Source of the DNA: a virus
Lineage: Duplodnaviria > Caudoviricetes
Virus record (IMG/VR): IMGVR_UViG_3300025087_000034
Direction: 5' to 3' (one strand)
Length of the DNA: 64,000 nt
Shown here piece after piece: positions 18,938 through 26,986 of this stretch. Position 1 is the stretch's first letter. Each line of letters starts with the position of its first letter. A program made the translations under genes and the position numbers. Under the pieces are notes generated by a model, which was given only the letters and a program-made list of their open reading frames with translations, did not search any database and was not told the DNA's origin.

Positions 18938-19992
18938 TGGCTAGTTTTGATTTAGATAAAGAATATTTAAGTCTTGATGATGTTCTTTTGGTACCTGCCT
19001 ATTCAGAAATAGCAAGCAGGTTGGATACAGATATATCTACAACATTGGTTGGTAATATAAAGATAAAAATACCTGTTGTTTCAGCTGCCATGGATACAAT
19101 TTCTGGGAAGGATATGGGTATCAAGTTGGGTCGTTTAGGTGGGGCCGCTTTTCTTCACAGGTTTGCTTCAGATGAAGAAATTGTGTCCATGGTAAAAGAT
19201 ATAAAAGAGGCAGGTCAGTTAGCTATACCTTCTATAGGAATAAGGAAGGACATAGTTCAATGGGTAGATGTATTATTGGGCGCCGGTGCTGACGTAATAT
19301 CTATTGATATAGCACACGGGCACAGTAAAGAGGTTTTAACAACAATAGGTTTGTTGAAGGGCGTTTATAAAGAGGCGTGCAAAGTAGTGGCTGGTAATGT
19401 TGCCACAAAAGAGGGTGTTCATGACCTAATTGAGGCGGGTGCAGACGCTGTAAAGGTTTTTGTAGGCCCGGGGGCTGCGTGTTCTACTCGTGTAGTAACT
19501 GGTTTTGGCGTCCCTACCTTCTCATGTTTAGTAGAGTGTCTTGGTGAGGCATCTAGACACAATATTCCTATAATAGCTGATGGTGGGCTAAAAGCCCCCG
19601 GTGATTTTACTAAATGCTTGGCAGTGGGTGCTAGTGCCTGTATGTCAGGATCAATGCTCTCTGCTACGGATGAGACTCCTGGTAAGTATGTAAAGATACG
19701 GGACAAATTTTATAAAGAATACAGGGGGATGGCGTCTGAGGCTAGCCAGAAGGACTTCAAGAGGGGGTTGAAATTAGGTACTGCGTCAGAGGGTGAGGCT
19801 ATGCTTTTTGAATCTAAGGGACCTGTAAAGGATGTTATAGATAGGATAACCGGAGGCATTAGAAGCGGCCTTACCTATTGTGGGGCTAAAAACCTGCAAG
19901 AGCTTAGGGAAAAAGCCCGCTTTATAAGAATAACCCAAAGTGCGGCAGCGGAAGGTTTGCCACACGGCCTGAATAACAAGGGGGCCCTTTGA
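18937..19992 (+). CDS. guaB: IMP dehydrogenase / GMP reductase family protein without CBS domains
   Basis: DDVLLVP, SAAMDT, IDIAHG, AGNVAT, GPGAACSTR (catalytic Cys), IADGG, YRGMAS, GGIRSGLTYCG; IMPDH versus GMPR not resolvable by eye. Confidence 0.85.
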   Translation: MASFDLDKEYLSLDDVLLVPAYSEIASRLDTDISTTLVGNIKIKIPVVSAAMDTISGKDMGIKLGRLGGAAFLHRFASDEEIVSMVKDIKEAGQLAIPSIGIRKDIVQWVDVLLGAGADVISIDIAHGHSKEVLTTIGLLKGVYKEACKVVAGNVATKEGVHDLIEAGADAVKVFVGPGAACSTRVVTGFGVPTFSCLVECLGEASRHNIPIIADGGLKAPGDFTKCLAVGASACMSGSMLSATDETPGKYVKIRDKFYKEYRGMASEASQKDFKRGLKLGTASEGEAMLFESKGPVKDVIDRITGGIRSGLTYCGAKNLQELREKARFIRITQSAAAEGLPHGLNNKGAL

Positions 19993-20369
19993 GTCTATTA
20001 AATGATAGATTAAACAGGCGGAAAGAAAAGATACAGTCAGAACAACTCGACAAGTTTGATGGTGTTTTGTTTTGTCATGTGACTGGGGCATCTTTTGGTA
20101 GCAGGCAGGAAATAATAAAACAAATAGGGGGGTCAACACTATTAAGATTAGACAGAGATAGGCGTAATGAATTTGATTTTCATGCGGTTTTAGTTATGGC
20201 GTTTGTAAACGATGAATGGCAAGAAGCAGGGTTTGTGCCTTCCACAGTAAATAAATCGGTGGCTCAATCTTTGGATGCAGGGGATAGTTTAAAGGTAGGC
20301 CTGTGGAGAAAGAACGGTGGAGAGGATGGGTTTCTCTATGGTTTGTCAATAACAATTAGCAAGGATTAG
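19989..20369 (+). CDS. HIRAN-domain protein
   Basis: VTGASF...L.RDRRNEFDFHAVLV...GFVP pattern. Confidence 0.8.
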   Translation: MSLLNDRLNRRKEKIQSEQLDKFDGVLFCHVTGASFGSRQEIIKQIGGSTLLRLDRDRRNEFDFHAVLVMAFVNDEWQEAGFVPSTVNKSVAQSLDAGDSLKVGLWRKNGGEDGFLYGLSITISKD

Positions 20370-20381
20370 GAGATTTAGAAG

Positions 20382-20645
20382 ATGGCAAAGAAACAAGAAA
20401 ACGATTATTTGGGTGGGTTTTATTCTGACATGCTTTTAGATGAATTAAAAAACGAGATTATAAAGAATCTAAAGAGGATTGCCACACTAGAAGCAGAGAG
20501 GAAAGACTATATGGACAGCGCCAAAGATACTTTAAAGGATATGGACGAAAGAATTCGTGCCCTAATCCACTGGGTGGGTGTAAAAGAAACAGAGGCTGAA
20601 CAAGCCCGGATGGCTGTTTTGGTATCTAAAGAGTTTTCAAAATAA
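20382..20645 (+). CDS. Hypothetical coiled-coil protein
   Basis: 87-aa ORF with AGGAG RBS. Confidence 0.7.
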   Translation: MAKKQENDYLGGFYSDMLLDELKNEIIKNLKRIATLEAERKDYMDSAKDTLKDMDERIRALIHWVGVKETEAEQARMAVLVSKEFSK

Positions 20646-20660
20646 TTAGGAGGAATAAAT

Positions 20661-20819
20661 ATGCCTTTAGACAATTTGTACAAAGTAAACCAATCACTTA
20701 TAGATCTTCAGAAATGTATGGAGAAACACAACGAAAGTTTGGTAAAAGAACTAAAGGACTTAAACTCTAATGTTAGGGAATTAGTTAAGGTCCTTGGAAA
20801 GAAGAAGGTTGAGAAGTAA
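20661..20819 (+). CDS. Small hypothetical coiled-coil protein (52 aa, below track cutoff)
   Basis: AGGAGG RBS, then ATG 20661, MPLDNLYKVNQSLIDLQKCMEKHNES...KKVEK*. Confidence 0.7.
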   Translation: MPLDNLYKVNQSLIDLQKCMEKHNESLVKELKDLNSNVRELVKVLGKKKVEK

Positions 20820-21477
20820 AGACGCAATAAGGAAATGGGTAAAAAGACACACAAATAAATATGTGTGTTTTTGTGGTTGTGGTGAATTTATAGAGATAAA
20901 ACCTATACATAAAAAACGTGGAATTCCCAAATTTATACAGGGGCATAACATGAACGGAAAATTCAATCCCAAGTCGGGAGAAGAGTTTGAGTTTATTGTT
21001 AAGAGCCCTTCTTGGGAGGTTTTATCAGAGGAAGAAAGGCAGCGTAGGTTATCAAATTTACGGATGTTTGGAAAGGGAAAAGACCACCCACAGTGGAAGG
21101 GCGGAAGGATAAGAACTGAAGATGGCTACATCTTAGCCCACGCTCCAAATCACCCATTTCATAATAACGGATATGTGTTTGAGCACCGGCTTGTCATGGA
21201 AAAATTCTTAGTAGAAAATTTTCCAGATAGTGATTTTTTAGTAGGGGTAAATGGAAAGAGGTATTTAAATCCTGTTGTTGTTGTTCATCATAAAATACAC
21301 GAGCAAAAAGACAACAATGATGTAGAGAACCTTTTTCCTTTTCCTTGTGCCGATGCTCATATTTTTTGGCATAATAGCCCATTATCTGACGATGAAAAAA
21401 TAAAATTAATAAAATTAGGTATTTACAAAACAAACCAGGAGGAGGGAACAACCCCCAATGGTGAAAAGAAAACATAA
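20794..21477 (+). CDS. Free-standing HNH homing endonuclease
   Basis: CFCGCG...KFIQGHN, HPQWKGG, YVFEHRLVME, VHHKIHEQKDNNDVENL; start uncertain. Confidence 0.85.
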   Translation: MERRRLRSKDAIRKWVKRHTNKYVCFCGCGEFIEIKPIHKKRGIPKFIQGHNMNGKFNPKSGEEFEFIVKSPSWEVLSEEERQRRLSNLRMFGKGKDHPQWKGGRIRTEDGYILAHAPNHPFHNNGYVFEHRLVMEKFLVENFPDSDFLVGVNGKRYLNPVVVVHHKIHEQKDNNDVENLFPFPCADAHIFWHNSPLSDDEKIKLIKLGIYKTNQEEGTTPNGEKKT

Positions 21478-22804
21478 AATAGTTGTGCTAGATACTTCCG
21501 TCCTTCTTTATGACGCAAGAAGTATATATGGTTTTAGGGGAAGTGACATAGTAATTCCATTGGTTGTTTTGAGTGAAATTGATAAGTATAAGAACGTAGA
21601 TGACGAGGTAGGTAGAAATGCTAGGTTGTTTGCTCGTAGTATAAAGGGGTTCCTGTCTAATGGTGCGGATTTGCGCACGGGGGCAAAAAGACTCCCAACA
21701 GATGAATTATTAATAGTTAAAAATCTAGAGAACGTTTCATTAATAAATCCGTTAGTAATAGATATAAATAAAAATGATGATGTAATATTAGCAGTTTGTT
21801 TAGAAGTGGATTTATTCTCTGATATTAAAGTAAAGTTAGTAACTAGAGATACAAATATGCACATAAAAGCAAGTTATTTAGGTATAGCTTGTGAAGATTA
21901 TGTGGATAATACTGGGTATGTTGAAAAGGAAGACTTGTATTCCGGTATAAAGAATTACTCTGTTCCAACTGATTACATAGAGCAGCTATATTTAGATAGT
22001 AAAATAGATCTTTGTATTGGTGGGATAGAAGAATTCATAAAGGTTTCTGATTTTGATGGTCTAGAAAATGTGGGTGTTGTCTTAAATAGTTTGGATCAGA
22101 GCAATCAGTCTGCCCTCGCTGTGTATAAGTCTGGTGTTCTGCACAAATTAAAGTATACCGGCAAGGCTGTTAGCAGGGTAACCCCCAAGTGTGCAGAGCA
22201 ACATTTGGCAATGGAGTTTTTGTTGGATAGAAGCATTGATCTAGTGACACTTACTGGGGGGGCCGGGGTTGGTAAGACTTTGTTGGCCCTAGCTTGTGGG
22301 CTGAAGATGATAGAGCAGAATATGTATAGAAAATTTGTTGTTAGTAGACCTATACAGCCTTTGGGAAGGGATTTGGGTTTCTTACCGGGTGACACTATGG
22401 ATAAATTACAGCCTTGGTTAGCTCCAATAAGGGATAGTGTTGAATTTATTTATGGTGGTTCCGAGAAGCAGCAGTTTGAGGATCTAGTTGCTTTTGGTAC
22501 ATTAGAGATAGAGCCTCTTACTTATATTAGGGGGCGTTCTATGCCAAATACCTTGTTTCTAGTTGATGAAGGTCAGCAATTGACCAAGCATGAAATGAAG
22601 ACCATAATCAGTCGTATGGGAAAGGGAAGTAAAATTATTTTAACAGGGGATATTTTCCAGATAGATAATCCATATTTGGATACATGTACCAATGGTTTAA
22701 CTAGGGTCGTAGAGTTATTCAAACCTTATTCTTTATCTGCTCATGTATCTTTAACGAAAGGTCAAAGGAGTGATTTGGCAACTTTGGCGGCAAATATTCT
22801 TTAA
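21458..22804 (+). CDS. phoH: PIN-PhoH (PhoH2/YlaK-like) protein
   Basis: PIN VVLDTSVLL and DDVIL; Walker A GGAGVGKT; YIRGRS, VDEGQ, TGDIFQID. Confidence 0.92.
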   Translation: MVKRKHKIVVLDTSVLLYDARSIYGFRGSDIVIPLVVLSEIDKYKNVDDEVGRNARLFARSIKGFLSNGADLRTGAKRLPTDELLIVKNLENVSLINPLVIDINKNDDVILAVCLEVDLFSDIKVKLVTRDTNMHIKASYLGIACEDYVDNTGYVEKEDLYSGIKNYSVPTDYIEQLYLDSKIDLCIGGIEEFIKVSDFDGLENVGVVLNSLDQSNQSALAVYKSGVLHKLKYTGKAVSRVTPKCAEQHLAMEFLLDRSIDLVTLTGGAGVGKTLLALACGLKMIEQNMYRKFVVSRPIQPLGRDLGFLPGDTMDKLQPWLAPIRDSVEFIYGGSEKQQFEDLVAFGTLEIEPLTYIRGRSMPNTLFLVDEGQQLTKHEMKTIISRMGKGSKIILTGDIFQIDNPYLDTCTNGLTRVVELFKPYSLSAHVSLTKGQRSDLATLAANIL

Positions 22805-22810
22805 TTTTCC

Positions 22811-22839
22811 TTAACATTAATTTAGATTTAACCTATAAT
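22811..22839 (+). promoter_or_regulatory. sigma70-type promoter
   Basis: TTAACA-N17-TATAAT in the intergenic gap before the lipoprotein gene. Confidence 0.7.
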
Positions 22840-22981
22840 TATGTGTGGAGGTGAGGATAGTTACAGAAGGGTAACGAAACTACTGTGGGTTTTGATAAAA
22901 TGGAAGATTACTCTAAGTGTGTTACTAAGGGTAGCTTGTTAACTTTAAGAGTGTACTACCTTAATAATTAGGAGGTATTTT

Positions 22982-23338
22982 ATGTTTAAATTTAAGAGTA
23001 TCATTGGTTCTTTTTTGGCCTCGTTTTTAATTTTTTCCGCCTGTACTCCATCTACTACGCAAATTAACACGGCAAAAGATGCTATGAGCAAGATAAATAT
23101 GAGTGTTGTTTTTGCTGAAGCTTATATTACGGTTGCTCAGGCTCAGTATGCTACTAATCCAAAGGTTTTTGCTGCCTTAGAGGCAACTAAACTAGCACTT
23201 TCTACAGTTAAGTCTGTACTTACTTCTGTAGAGGCAGGGCTGAGTAAGGATTATGCTGCTCTGTATTCTGCTTCTGTGGTTTTGTTACAGAGAACTTTTG
23301 AGTTGGCACTTGCTATAAAAGAAGCTTCTTCTAAGTAA
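22982..23338 (+). CDS. Putative lipoprotein
   Basis: Basic N-terminus, hydrophobic stretch and lipobox-like IFSA-C; AGGAGG RBS; amphipathic helical body. Confidence 0.7.
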   Translation: MFKFKSIIGSFLASFLIFSACTPSTTQINTAKDAMSKINMSVVFAEAYITVAQAQYATNPKVFAALEATKLALSTVKSVLTSVEAGLSKDYAALYSASVVLLQRTFELALAIKEASSK

Positions 23339-23386
23339 TATTTAGGGCCCATTTTTGGGCCACAAGACCTAAAAGGAGGTTGGCTA

Positions 23387-24424
23387 ATGAGAGATCTAGA
23401 ACATGATGAAACCGAGACTCGCAAGGAAGATATAACAAATATATACAAAGAAATATTAGGAAGGGAACCGGATGTAAGTGGGTTAAACGCGTATATGCTT
23501 TCTACCTTGTCTGTAGCTCAAATAAAGGAAGCTATATCAAGGTCGGTAGAGGCACAGGAAAAGTTTCAGGCAAAAAACTTTGGTGAAATACTAAAGAAGT
23601 CGGGTAGTTCCGAACTATTAGTTGTAGGGTCTTCCCCTAAAGATAGTAAAAATGTAGAGGAATTGATATCTTTCGGAATAAAATATGCATTAGATTTAAA
23701 CGACACAGAAGATTATGCGTTTGATAAATCATCTTTCGAGGGCTATCTTAGAGTACCAATTAGTAAGTATTCCCCCCTCACTAAGCTACAAATAGATAGT
23801 TGTTTTAAGTTTATATATGACTGTGTTTTAGTAAAGAATAAAAAATTATTTGTGCATAGTAAGATGGGCTTTGAAAGGCCCCCAGTTATCATGGCTTTGT
23901 TCTTGGTGGCAGATAAGGATCTCTCTTTTAAAACTGCTATTTCCGTATTGATGAGTAAGCATGAGGCGATTCGACCGAACAGGGACTTGATAACTGCTGA
24001 GGTTCTTGATTATGTATATTCCCTTCGTGGGAAGTTGAAGGAAAAGTATGGCGGAAGTATAGCACAGGATAAGGGTATAGGGGAGGAGGTTCGACTATTA
24101 GGGAAGCAGCCTGTTTCTCCTATTAATATTCTTGGCAATTTGTACGTATGTTGCAATCTAAATACTGATGTAGTGTCATATTTAAAAAACAATTCTATAG
24201 ATACAATTATAGATTTAAATATGAAACCAATAAAGATGACTCAAGAAACTTCTTGGTTCAAGAAATTGCACTTACCTGTGTTTTTGGACCAGGTTGATTA
24301 TATATTGCCAACTGTATTAAAATCAGTGAATAAGTATATAAATAAAGGTAAAGTTATGCTTGTTTGTGAGGATGAGGGTGTCTTATCTCTGGTTGTTGAA
24401 AAAATATCTATTCACGTATCATAA
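23387..24424 (+). CDS. DUF4214-like N-domain fused to degenerate dual-specificity-phosphatase-like domain(s)
   Basis: IYKEILGREPDVSGLNAY; LFVHSKMGFERPPVIMALFL aligned to the HCxxGxxR loop with Cys replaced by Ser; second partial repeat (NLYV...IDTIIDLN...LVCEDEG). Confidence 0.6.
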   Translation: MRDLEHDETETRKEDITNIYKEILGREPDVSGLNAYMLSTLSVAQIKEAISRSVEAQEKFQAKNFGEILKKSGSSELLVVGSSPKDSKNVEELISFGIKYALDLNDTEDYAFDKSSFEGYLRVPISKYSPLTKLQIDSCFKFIYDCVLVKNKKLFVHSKMGFERPPVIMALFLVADKDLSFKTAISVLMSKHEAIRPNRDLITAEVLDYVYSLRGKLKEKYGGSIAQDKGIGEEVRLLGKQPVSPINILGNLYVCCNLNTDVVSYLKNNSIDTIIDLNMKPIKMTQETSWFKKLHLPVFLDQVDYILPTVLKSVNKYINKGKVMLVCEDEGVLSLVVEKISIHVS

Positions 24425-24460
24425 AGAAGAGCAGGAGGTTTTTGATATTGTTCTTTTTAA

Positions 24461-24592
24461 GCGGGTGTTTGTGTAAGTCCCTACACCGGCTACGGCCGGA
24501 TAAAATCCCGTTCCCTGTAGGGGAAGAGGGGCGGGTTGACTATACACCGCCTGCACGTTTTTTGCAGGCACAAGGCTAGGGTATATATACCC
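24461..24592 (+). ncRNA. Putative structured non-coding RNA of unknown class
   Basis: GC-rich intergenic island with CCGGC-TACG-GCCGG (cUACGg tetraloop), closing stem GCGGGTGT/ACACCGC and further hairpins. Confidence 0.5.
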
Positions 24593-24609
24593 AAGAAAGG
24601 AGTTTTTAA

Positions 24610-24963
24610 ATGCACATTTTAGTTTTGGATAATACACCAGACCTGCAGTTTAGGGAGGTTTTTGATCACTTATTGGGATCAAAACATGAAATAATTACTG
24701 TCAATACTGTAGAAACGGCAATAAGTAATATCCGTGCACGAGTATACGGAGCTATTTTTATTACGAATATTAAGGGTAGACATCTGTCTATTTATGAATT
24801 TATAGAGGCGTTAAAAACATCTAGTGTTAATAGACAGGCGAATGTGATTGTACTAAATGATATGTCTTCGATTTCACAAAGAATTAAAGCCTCGTTTGGA
24901 GGGAGAGTAGTACATTTTATTGCTAAGGAATATTTAGAAGAGCTTCTTAAAGGAGTAACCTAA
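24610..24963 (+). CDS. Stand-alone CheY-like receiver-fold protein, atypical
   Basis: HILVLDN...VETAISNIRARVYGAIFITNI pattern; the expected phospho-acceptor Asp is not evident. Confidence 0.5.
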   Translation: MHILVLDNTPDLQFREVFDHLLGSKHEIITVNTVETAISNIRARVYGAIFITNIKGRHLSIYEFIEALKTSSVNRQANVIVLNDMSSISQRIKASFGGRVVHFIAKEYLEELLKGVT

Positions 24964-25535
24964 TGTGTTATGTTGCGATTGATACAGAGACCACGGGTTT
25001 AATGCCAAGCATGAATGAGGTTGTCGAAGTAGCCTTGATTGTTTGCAACGATAGGTTAATCGAGACAGGTAGGGTATCGTTTAGGATGGATATAGAAAGG
25101 CCACAGAACGCAGAAGCTCGTGCACTTGAAATTTGTGGTTATGATAAACATACGTGGAATCCTAAGTTTAAATCACATGCAGATGGTCTTAATTATCTTA
25201 ATAAGTTTATAGATTTTGCTATTTCTGAGTTTTCTTCCGCTCCTATTTTAGTAGGGCAGAACGTTAAGTTTGATCTTGGTTTTATGAATGAAGAATATAA
25301 AAGGGCGGGTATAGTCAACCCCTTTTCTAAAATGAGTCTTCTAGATTTACAAGAGGTGGCTCAGGTCTGGGCTGCCTACAAAGGTGTTCGTTTAAAATAT
25401 AGGAGACTTTCTTATTTTTGTGAACTAGCTAATATTGTTAATGAAAGGGCCCATTCAGCAGAGGGTGATGTAGAAGCTACTTTAGCTTCAATGAGGGTCT
25501 TTTTGCTGGATTTGAAGGGGGTTGTAGGTGATTAG
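24963..25535 (+). CDS. DEDDh 3'-5' exonuclease (DnaQ/RNase T-like)
   Basis: IDTETTG, GQNVKFDLGF, AHSAEGDV. Confidence 0.9.
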   Translation: MCYVAIDTETTGLMPSMNEVVEVALIVCNDRLIETGRVSFRMDIERPQNAEARALEICGYDKHTWNPKFKSHADGLNYLNKFIDFAISEFSSAPILVGQNVKFDLGFMNEEYKRAGIVNPFSKMSLLDLQEVAQVWAAYKGVRLKYRRLSYFCELANIVNERAHSAEGDVEATLASMRVFLLDLKGVVGD

Positions 25536-25821
25536 TTCTAAAGAAATACATTTTAAGTTTAAGAGTGTACATATGGTGGTAACTGAAATGCTAGGAAAAG
25601 ACGGTCTGGTTGAAGCTGTTTATCCGTCTGGTATTATTCCTAAAACAGAAGACGGGGAGTCTTTAAAATTGGCATTAAGTAGGCTTAATAACCTTTTAGC
25701 TACAGGGTTAAGAAGCAAGGAAACAATTACTCAATTGTTAAATAGGACAAGTAGAATAAATAGTTATGTGTTGGGTGTTGTTGGAAACCTCATAAATAAT
25801 GACCTATTACTCAACAAGTAG
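25528..25821 (+). CDS. Hypothetical protein
   Basis: 97-aa ORF overlapping the upstream stop. Confidence 0.6.
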   Translation: MISSKEIHFKFKSVHMVVTEMLGKDGLVEAVYPSGIIPKTEDGESLKLALSRLNNLLATGLRSKETITQLLNRTSRINSYVLGVVGNLINNDLLLNK

Positions 25822-26023
25822 TTTTAGGATTGGGGACTGTATTGGGTATTGCAGACGAGGCGGGGCTAAAGGTTCCATAGTTTTGGTAGTTGTGTTTTCA
25901 GACTATGAAATTGATGAGTATTATGAATTGCCATTTTTAGCAACTACGGATATTCCTATAGGGTTCCCTGTGTGTTTTGGCGGAAACGGAACCATATACC
26001 ATAAAAATTCTTCCGGCGGGTGA
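25799..26023 (+). CDS. Hypothetical protein
   Basis: 74-aa ORF filling the gap between neighbours. Confidence 0.5.
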   Translation: MTYYSTSSFRIGDCIGYCRRGGAKGSIVLVVVFSDYEIDEYYELPFLATTDIPIGFPVCFGGNGTIYHKNSSGG

Positions 26024-26030
26024 AAAAAAT

Positions 26031-26960
26031 ATGTTAAAATTACTAGATATACTAAAACTAATCCTGTCTAAAATATTGGTGCTTTTTAGTAAAAAAGATA
26101 TAGTACAACCTAAACAACCAGAACAAGCGGAAAAAGAACCAAAAGTTGAACCAGAACCAGAAGTAATTATAGAAGAAAAAGAAAGGGAGCTTCTTTCCCC
26201 TATACTACATAAAAGATATATTAGTCTTTATTGTATTGCTGATATGGTTTCTGGAAGTGTAAAATTGTTGGACAAACAAGATAATATAGTTGCGCTACTA
26301 ACCAGCTATTCGAAGTCTAGGTTAGACATGGAAGGTACTGGTCTACTCCCAGACGGGCGGGTTATAAATGTTGATGGTATGGCTTTGGGGGAAATGCGCT
26401 ATAAGATAATGGATTCTACTCGGCCATATGGGGTAGGTATATATGGTAAGGCATTAGAACCTTGGGTATCTCTTGCTCATCAGCTAAGCCAACTACTACA
26501 GTATAGCTTGTTTGGTAGGACTGTGGTAATACCCTCTATGCGGGGGTATGTTTTGCCAGACGGGAAGGTTCACACAGGAATTTTTAGGGTCGATGACACC
26601 GGGGGTGGCTTACATAAATGTCCGTATTCTAATGGTTTATGGCGCACGGGTAGCTCCAAGTCTGAATATGGGCAGTTTGACGTGTTCATTGGTGGACCAG
26701 AAAGCGTTTATAAGAAATTGTTAGGAAAGTGGGATAGTTATAAAGAAGTTTTTGTTATGCCTCGCGATTTAGACTCTCCTGATGGTATTCAAGAGTCCCT
26801 TAACTTACTTCTTGACGCTGGCTTGAAGGTGGACGGTATAATAGGGCTCGCTTCAATGGCAGCCATAAATAGAATAAAGGCGATATTAGATCTTCCTCAA
26901 GATGGTTTTTGGTCTGACGATGTGAAACAGTATGTTTCAGACTGTTTAAATAGCTGGTAG
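26031..26960 (+). CDS. Putative cell-wall lytic enzyme: 3D/MltA-like domain plus C-terminal peptidoglycan-binding domain
   Basis: LDMEGTG, RVDDTGGG...QFDVFIG (3D-like); GIQESLN...LKVDGIIG...LPQDG (PG_binding_1-like); hydrophobic N-terminus. Confidence 0.7.
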   Translation: MLKLLDILKLILSKILVLFSKKDIVQPKQPEQAEKEPKVEPEPEVIIEEKERELLSPILHKRYISLYCIADMVSGSVKLLDKQDNIVALLTSYSKSRLDMEGTGLLPDGRVINVDGMALGEMRYKIMDSTRPYGVGIYGKALEPWVSLAHQLSQLLQYSLFGRTVVIPSMRGYVLPDGKVHTGIFRVDDTGGGLHKCPYSNGLWRTGSSKSEYGQFDVFIGGPESVYKKLLGKWDSYKEVFVMPRDLDSPDGIQESLNLLLDAGLKVDGIIGLASMAAINRIKAILDLPQDGFWSDDVKQYVSDCLNSW

Positions 26961-26986
26961 TGTTTATGTTTTTGACTAGTTGAGGT

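Noticed and set aside
24500-24520. CCCGTTCCC resembles part of Firmicute 5S rRNA
   Set aside because: The rest of the 5S consensus (CCGAAC, GAUGGUAG, GAGAGUAGG) is absent
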